A stretch of 64,000 nt of DNA from Nitrospirota bacterium (lineage in GTDB: Bacteria; Nitrospirota; Thermodesulfovibrionia; Thermodesulfovibrionales; Dissulfurispiraceae): positions 640,001 to 704,000 of the forward strand of contig CAVPZX010000002.1 of the NCBI GenBank assembly GCA_963710375.1, written 5' to 3'. Below are positions 58,471 to 64,000 of the stretch, one piece after another; position 1 is the stretch's first letter; each line of letters begins with the position of its first letter. A program made the position numbers and the translations under genes. Under the pieces are notes generated by a model. It did no database searches, was not told the origin of the DNA, and worked only from the letters and a program-made list of their open reading frames with translations.

Positions 58471-59196
58471 ATGCCTGAACTGAGAATCGGCTGCAGCGGA
58501 TTTAATTACCGGCATTGGAAAGGGACCTTTTATCCTTCTCATCTGCCGCAGAGGAAATGGTTTGAGCATTACTGGACGGCCTTTAATACGGTTGAATTGA
58601 ATGTAACGTTTTACAGACTTCCGCTTGCGGGTACATTTGACAAGTGGCGTGATGAAACTCCTGCTGACTTTGCATTTTCATTAAAAGGCAGCAGATATAT
58701 ATCCCATGTGAAAAAGCTTTTAGACGCTAAAGAGCCTTTGGAACTGTTTTTTAAAGGGGCATTACGGCTAAAAGGAAAATTAAAGGTTATCCTTTGGCAG
58801 TTCCCTCCGGGGTTTAAAGCAAACATTAAAAGGCTGAAAATATTTCTCGAATTGCTTCAGACATACCCAATCGGAAACACCCTTGAATTCAGGCACGAAA
58901 GCTGGATAACTGACAAAGTAATTGATCTTTGCAAAGAATATAATACAAGTCTCTGCATGGCTGACTGGCCTGAGTTCATTGATGATCTACCTGTTACCTC
59001 TGATTTTGTTTACATAAGGAGGCATGGCCAAGGCGGCAGCTATGATGCCTGCTATCCAAAAACAAAACTTCAAAAAGATGCGAGAAGAATAAAAAGCTAT
59101 CTGGAGGATGGGAAAAATGTATTTATTTACTTCAATAACGACTATAGCGGCTATGCTCCAAGAAATGCAACAGAGTTGCTTGATATGGTGAGATGA
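58471..59196 (+). CDS. DUF72 domain protein
   Basis: IGCSGF, VELNVTFYR, QFPP, EFRH, YFNND. Confidence 0.93.
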   Translation: MPELRIGCSGFNYRHWKGTFYPSHLPQRKWFEHYWTAFNTVELNVTFYRLPLAGTFDKWRDETPADFAFSLKGSRYISHVKKLLDAKEPLELFFKGALRLKGKLKVILWQFPPGFKANIKRLKIFLELLQTYPIGNTLEFRHESWITDKVIDLCKEYNTSLCMADWPEFIDDLPVTSDFVYIRRHGQGGSYDACYPKTKLQKDARRIKSYLEDGKNVFIYFNNDYSGYAPRNATELLDMVR

Positions 59197-60920
59197 AAAA
59201 CCAGGAAATCGCAAAAATATTCAATGAAATAGCTGACCTTCTGGAGCTGAAAGGTGAGAACCCGTTCCGCATTAGGGCGTATCGCAGGGCAGCACTGAAT
59301 ATTGAGGGCTTGACAAAAAATATCGAAGAGATTTCTCATGAGGATATTCTGAATATTCCCGGAATCGGCCAGGACCTTGCTAGCAAGATGGAGGAGTACA
59401 TGAAGACAGGTATGATACAGGCATATGAAAAGCTTAAACAGGAAATACCCGGAGGATTATCCACTCTCCTTTCCATACCCGGACTTGGGCCAAAGACATC
59501 TAAATTGCTTTATGAAAAATTAAAAATTACAAACATCGAAGAACTCGAAAAATTTGCATCGGAGCATAAACTGGCTGGCTTGCCGGGGATAAAGGAAAAG
59601 ACGGAAGAAAATATTTTAAAGGGGATAGATATGCTGAAAAGGGGTAGGGAGCGTCAGCCCCTTGGCAAGGTGCTTCCTGTTGCAAAGGACATCCTTGGGT
59701 ATCTTAAGGAAAAAGCCCCTGTGGAAAAAATCGATCTTGCAGGGAGTTTAAGGAGATGGAAAGATACGATCAAAGATATTGATATCCTCGCAATGTCAGA
59801 CGATCCAAATGAGGTGATGAACGTATTTGTACATCTTCCCAATGTAAAAGAAATATTGATGCACGGACCAACAAGGTCCAGCATAATAACTCAGCAAAAC
59901 CTTCAGGTGGATTTAAGGGTTGTTGAAAGGGAATCTTATGGTGCTGCACTCACATATTTCACCGGCAGCAAGGCACACAACATAAGGCTCAGAGAGATGG
60001 CTATAAAGAAAGGGCTAAAACTAAATGAGTACGGAATATTCCGTGAAAAAAACAACAAACGGGTGGGAGGCGAAAGGGAACAGGATGTTTACGCGATATT
60101 GGGACTCCCATATATCCCACCTGAACTAAGGGAAGACCAGGGAGAGATAGAAGCAGCCCTGGCAGGAACACTTCCCAGCCTCATCACCGTAAAGGATATT
60201 AAAGGGGACCTCCATGTCCATTCCAGGTGGAGCGACGGCAGCAATTCGTTTGAAGAACTTGTAGAGGCCGCCCGGAAACACGGCTATGACTATTTTGCAC
60301 TGACTGATCATTCCCGCGGCCTTGCTGTGGCAAGAGGGCTGACAATCGAAAGGCTTATGGATCAGAAAAAAGAGATTGATGCGCTAAACAAGAAACTTAA
60401 GGGCTTCAGGATACTCCAGGCAACTGAGGTCGATATAAAGGGCGACGGCACGCTTGATTTCCCCGACGATGTTTTGGAAAAGCTCGATCTTGTCGTCGCA
60501 TCCATACATTCAGGCTTCAAACAGTCAGCGCAGCAACTTACCGGACGTATGGTTGCAGCAATGAAAAACCCTTACGTCAGCATCATCGGACATGCCTCGG
60601 TCAGGCTCATCGGCGAGAGAGAGGCATATGAGCTTGATATGGAACGCGTGTTAATGACCGCAAAAGAAACAGGCACTGCTTTTGAAATAAATGCCTACCC
60701 GCTGCGGCTTGACCTCAACGACACTTTTGCCAGAAGGGCAAAAGAAATGGGAATCCCCATAGTAATAAGCACTGACGCCCATACCATCGATCAGTTTGAC
60801 TATATGAGTTACGGAGTCTCCATCGCCAGGCGGGCGTGGCTCGAAAAAGGGGATGTCGTAAATACCTTTGGACTGAATATGTTGCTCAAGAAGCTTAAGC
60901 CCCACAAAGAACGTGAATAG
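59193..60920 (+). CDS. polX: DNA polymerase X / PHP exonuclease
   Basis: GSLRR..DID, FTGSKAHN, PPELRE, DLHVHS, TDAH. Confidence 0.96.
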   Translation: MKNQEIAKIFNEIADLLELKGENPFRIRAYRRAALNIEGLTKNIEEISHEDILNIPGIGQDLASKMEEYMKTGMIQAYEKLKQEIPGGLSTLLSIPGLGPKTSKLLYEKLKITNIEELEKFASEHKLAGLPGIKEKTEENILKGIDMLKRGRERQPLGKVLPVAKDILGYLKEKAPVEKIDLAGSLRRWKDTIKDIDILAMSDDPNEVMNVFVHLPNVKEILMHGPTRSSIITQQNLQVDLRVVERESYGAALTYFTGSKAHNIRLREMAIKKGLKLNEYGIFREKNNKRVGGEREQDVYAILGLPYIPPELREDQGEIEAALAGTLPSLITVKDIKGDLHVHSRWSDGSNSFEELVEAARKHGYDYFALTDHSRGLAVARGLTIERLMDQKKEIDALNKKLKGFRILQATEVDIKGDGTLDFPDDVLEKLDLVVASIHSGFKQSAQQLTGRMVAAMKNPYVSIIGHASVRLIGEREAYELDMERVLMTAKETGTAFEINAYPLRLDLNDTFARRAKEMGIPIVISTDAHTIDQFDYMSYGVSIARRAWLEKGDVVNTFGLNMLLKKLKPHKERE

Positions 60921-61000
60921 TGAATGGTGAATAGTGAACAAAAACAGACAAAGATAACTGCATACTTTTCAATTCACCATTCACCATTCACCTTTCACGT
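60911..61000. repeat. Fold-back element of inverted 7-mer arrays (GTGAATA/GTGAATG vs ATTCACC)
   Basis: acgtgaatagtgaatggtgaatagtgaa...ttcaccattcaccattcacctttcacgt; contains the stop codons of both convergent genes. Confidence 0.9.
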
Positions 61001-61783
61001 TTTATACTTCCTGAAATACGAGGCCAAAACCTTCTCTACATTCTGTATAATGCTATCCTTAGCGTTTATTATATAAATCTTAGGCATGTCGCCGGTGATA
61101 TCCACTATCTCGAAAAGCTCCTTTTCCATCCTTTCCACCGCGGGCGGCGCCGTGAACCTCCTCCTCAGTTCTTCTTCGAACATTGGAACCATTTTATCCT
61201 TCATGCGCAGCTCGGTATCCATGAAAAAGACGGATATCTCGGGCACCAGGTAATAAACCCTGTCGAGAAATGCCTTCACTTCATTCTGGTATATCTGTTT
61301 CGGGGGCGAAGACTTTATTTCCATGTAAAGGATAGACCCGTCGATCTTTGCCAGGAGATCATAATCGCCTCCTATTGCAGGCCGCTTCATCTTGACTCCC
61401 CAAACAGCCTCAGTCGAAAGTTCCCGCCTGAAGAATTCAGCCACAAACCATTCCAGTGTGGTGCCGAAACTTTTGATCGGACCATTTGCCAGAATATAGG
61501 CATTATCCCCGCAGGCGATAAGACCGATCTTCGACAAATAGGTTATATACTCTTGCGTAACTTCCCTTGTGGCATACCGCACAACCTGCGCAGCTGTAAA
61601 TGACGGCTGATGTTTGATAATGTCGCGCAGAAAAAGCCTGAAGGAATATTTCTTGAGCATCTCATAATACCCGTCAAGAAATTTTTCATCCGGGACCATG
61701 AGGTCATCGCGGGGTTCTTTCTTGTAAATAATGAAACCCCGCCTTTTGAGCACTACCGAAAGAGGAGGGGTAAGCTCGTGCAA
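60995..61783 (-). CDS. Hypothetical protein with PD-(D/E)xK-like motif
   Basis: LEWFV, GDYDLLA, LYMEIKS; the frame extends about 23 codons upstream without a standard start. Confidence 0.7.
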   Translation of the reverse strand: MHELTPPLSVVLKRRGFIIYKKEPRDDLMVPDEKFLDGYYEMLKKYSFRLFLRDIIKHQPSFTAAQVVRYATREVTQEYITYLSKIGLIACGDNAYILANGPIKSFGTTLEWFVAEFFRRELSTEAVWGVKMKRPAIGGDYDLLAKIDGSILYMEIKSSPPKQIYQNEVKAFLDRVYYLVPEISVFFMDTELRMKDKMVPMFEEELRRRFTAPPAVERMEKELFEIVDITGDMPKIYIINAKDSIIQNVEKVLASYFRKYKT

Positions 61784-61848
61784 GGACTTCCTGAGCCGAC
61801 TAATTTCCGCCCTGAGGAGTTCGATCTCCTGATAGAGTTCTTTAACCT

Positions 61849-62241
61849 CTAAACTATTTTTACCAGTACCCGTCTGTGCCTCGGCCCGTCAAACTCGCAA
61901 AAATAAATGGACTGCCATGTGCCCAGGAGAAGTTTGCCATCTTCAATCAAAATAATTTGTGCGGACCCTACAAGCGTAGATTTTATATGGGCCGCAGAGT
62001 TCCCCTCCATGTGATTATAATCTCCCTCAAAAGGAACCAGCCGGTTCAAGGATGCGATGATGTCTCTCTTAACAGCCGGGTCAGCGCCTTCATTAATGGT
62101 AACTCCTGCAGTCGTATGCGGAACATATATATGGCACACGCCCTGCTGAACACCCGATTCTTTTATAAGTGACCTTATATCTTCCGTTATATCAATAAAT
62201 TCCGTTTTGGACTTGCTTTTGACATTCAGTGCCTTAGACAT
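61849..62241 (-). CDS. yjbQ: YjbQ (UPF0047) family protein
   Basis: PHTTAG, NEGADP, AHIKS, LGTWQ, EFDGPR. Confidence 0.94.
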   Translation of the reverse strand: MSKALNVKSKSKTEFIDITEDIRSLIKESGVQQGVCHIYVPHTTAGVTINEGADPAVKRDIIASLNRLVPFEGDYNHMEGNSAAHIKSTLVGSAQIILIEDGKLLLGTWQSIYFCEFDGPRHRRVLVKIV

Positions 62242-62695
62242 TGCGAAGTTCCTCCCTGAGATGCCGGACCGTTTTTTTTAATACTGGATGCCATTTGTCA
62301 GGTGCTATCTCAGAAAGCGGAAGAAGTACAAACTCCCTCTTCTGAAGCAGCGGATGAGGAATACAGAGGTCCTTTTCAGTAATAATCCTATCATCATAAA
62401 AAAGGATGTCAAGATCAATGCAGCGCGGCCCCCAGCGCTCCGCCTCCTGCCTTCCCATTTTCTTCTCAATACATTTAAGGGTAGCCAGTGCGCTTTCCGG
62501 ACACAGGTCTGTTTCAGCGATTACCGCCATATTTAAAAAGGGGGGCTGTTCTTTCACTCCCCACGGCTCGGTCTCATAAAGTGAGGATTCTTTTGTTACC
62601 ACAATGCCGCTTTCGTTCATCAGCTTTACAGCATGCATGCAATTGGCCCTTCTGTCCCCCATATTCGAGCCGATCCCAATATACACTGTAGCCAT
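62234..62695 (-). CDS. folK: 6-hydroxymethyl-7,8-dihydropterin pyrophosphokinase
   Basis: GIGSNMGD, FLN, WGPRCIDLDIL, PHP, REFVL. Confidence 0.96.
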   Translation of the reverse strand: MATVYIGIGSNMGDRRANCMHAVKLMNESGIVVTKESSLYETEPWGVKEQPPFLNMAVIAETDLCPESALATLKCIEKKMGRQEAERWGPRCIDLDILFYDDRIITEKDLCIPHPLLQKREFVLLPLSEIAPDKWHPVLKKTVRHLREELRNV

Positions 62696-62715
62696 CTCAA
62701 ATCCGTCTTGATGCG

Positions 62716-63882
62716 CTATAACGCGTTTTTTATCCTATCCAGTGCCTCTTCAATCCTTTGCGTTGACTGCGTGAGTGCAAAACGTATATACCCCTCTCCG
62801 GGCGCGCCAAAGCCGACGCCAGGTGTCACAAGCACTCCTGTTTTTTCGAGTAAATGCGCTGCAAAGACAGTAGAATTAAAACCGGAAGGTACCTTCGTCC
62901 ATATGTAAAACGTCGCTTCGGGTTTTTTAAGCTGGAACCCCAGTCCAGTGAGTCCATTAAAAAGTATGTCCCTGCGTTCCTGGTAGGTATTCCTGATCCA
63001 TGAGAGCATATTTTCGTTTGTTTTAAGCGCTGCAGCCCCAGCCTCCTGGATTGCCTGAAAGACACCCGAATCAAGGTTCGTCTTGATCTTCCCAAGCCCG
63101 GCTATAACATCCCTGTTTCCAACGGCAAACCCAATTCTCCATCCTGTCATGTTGTACGTTTTCGAGAGAGAATGGAATTCTATGCCTACCTCCTTGGCCC
63201 CATCAAGTTCGAGGAAGCTCAACGGCTTCTTACCGTTGTAATATATTTCGGAATATGCGGCGTCATGACAGATTATTATGTTATTTTTTTCTGCAAACGA
63301 AATCGCCATCTTAAAAAAATCTCTCCGGCCCACCGCAGCAGTTGGATTATTGGGATAATTCAAGAACATTAGTTTCGCGCGCTTGCAAACCGAATCGGGA
63401 ATTACATCGAGATCCGGAAGGAAATCGTTCTCCTCCAGGAGCGGCATAATGTACGGCTCCCCCTCGGCAAAGACCGTTCCCACCGGGTAGACGGGATAAC
63501 CGGGTGAAGGCACAAGCACCACATCGCCTGGATTGATAAAAGCCATGGGGATGTGACCGATGCCTTCCTTGGAACCGATCAACGATATAACCTCTTCCTT
63601 CATGTCAAGGTCTACATTGAACCGCTTCCCGTACCATCCTGCAACCGCCTCCCTGAATAACAGCATCCCCTCATAAGAAGGATAACGGTGGTATTCGGGA
63701 TTATCCACCGCATTTTTCATTGCATCGATTATATGTCCAGGCGTGGGTATGTCGGGGTCTCCAATGCTGAGATCTATGAGGTCAACTCCTCTTGAGACAG
63801 CCTCCTGTTTCATCCTGTCAATTGAGGCAAAAAGATATGGGGGCAAGCTCTTGACACGGTCTGCAAGCTGGACTTTAATCAT
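62716..63882 (-). CDS. dapL: LL-diaminopimelate aminotransferase (class I PLP aminotransferase)
   Basis: LPPYLFA, GSKEG, NYPNNPT, HDAAY, SLSKTYNMTGWRIG. Confidence 0.88.
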   Translation of the reverse strand: MIKVQLADRVKSLPPYLFASIDRMKQEAVSRGVDLIDLSIGDPDIPTPGHIIDAMKNAVDNPEYHRYPSYEGMLLFREAVAGWYGKRFNVDLDMKEEVISLIGSKEGIGHIPMAFINPGDVVLVPSPGYPVYPVGTVFAEGEPYIMPLLEENDFLPDLDVIPDSVCKRAKLMFLNYPNNPTAAVGRRDFFKMAISFAEKNNIIICHDAAYSEIYYNGKKPLSFLELDGAKEVGIEFHSLSKTYNMTGWRIGFAVGNRDVIAGLGKIKTNLDSGVFQAIQEAGAAALKTNENMLSWIRNTYQERRDILFNGLTGLGFQLKKPEATFYIWTKVPSGFNSTVFAAHLLEKTGVLVTPGVGFGAPGEGYIRFALTQSTQRIEEALDRIKNAL

Positions 63883-64000
63883 TAATTATTCCTTTATGTT
63901 TTATCTGGGACAAATGAACAGTACTAAGAAAAAGGGCTTTGAGTCTTTCTTTATAAATATTGCTTAATAGCCTTGCTTTTGCTGCTTTGCAGGTTCTACA

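Overview
Mostly core chromosome of an anaerobic, moderately AT-rich bacterium; 16S signatures and gene content fit Nitrospirota, probably class Thermodesulfovibrionia (inference). Contents: a GC-richer left end (L,D-transpeptidase plus a phosphoketolase remnant), an MNT-HEPN pair, tolQRAB-moaC, a long minus-strand housekeeping run (mtnA, thiE, accBC, efp, coaBC, rpoZ, gmk, yicC), a Pat-like acetyltransferase, an NHL-repeat lipoprotein, rnfCDGEAB, an RND efflux operon, a sigma54-preceded atypical P-II, a complete rRNA operon (16S-Ile-Ala-23S-5S), rlmN, ahcY-metK, asd-leuD, miaA, a dinB/DUF72/PolX cluster, folK and dapL. Signals the ORF track misses: (1) a 55-aa dual-CXXC protein with in-frame UGA and a SECIS-like hairpin; (2) at least nine fold-back elements built from inverted arrays of 6-8-nt tandem units, one inside the 23S rRNA gene and one in the TolB signal peptide; (3) a stand-alone, apparently leaderless IF2 C-terminal-domain gene; (4) three MITE-like palindromes; (5) four gene-breaking 1-nt indels all at AGCTC, probably methylation-linked long-read errors; (6) an ATT-start NYN gene, several leaderless genes and a 49-aa membrane ORF behind P-II. 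All calls are from reading the sequence; no searches were run.
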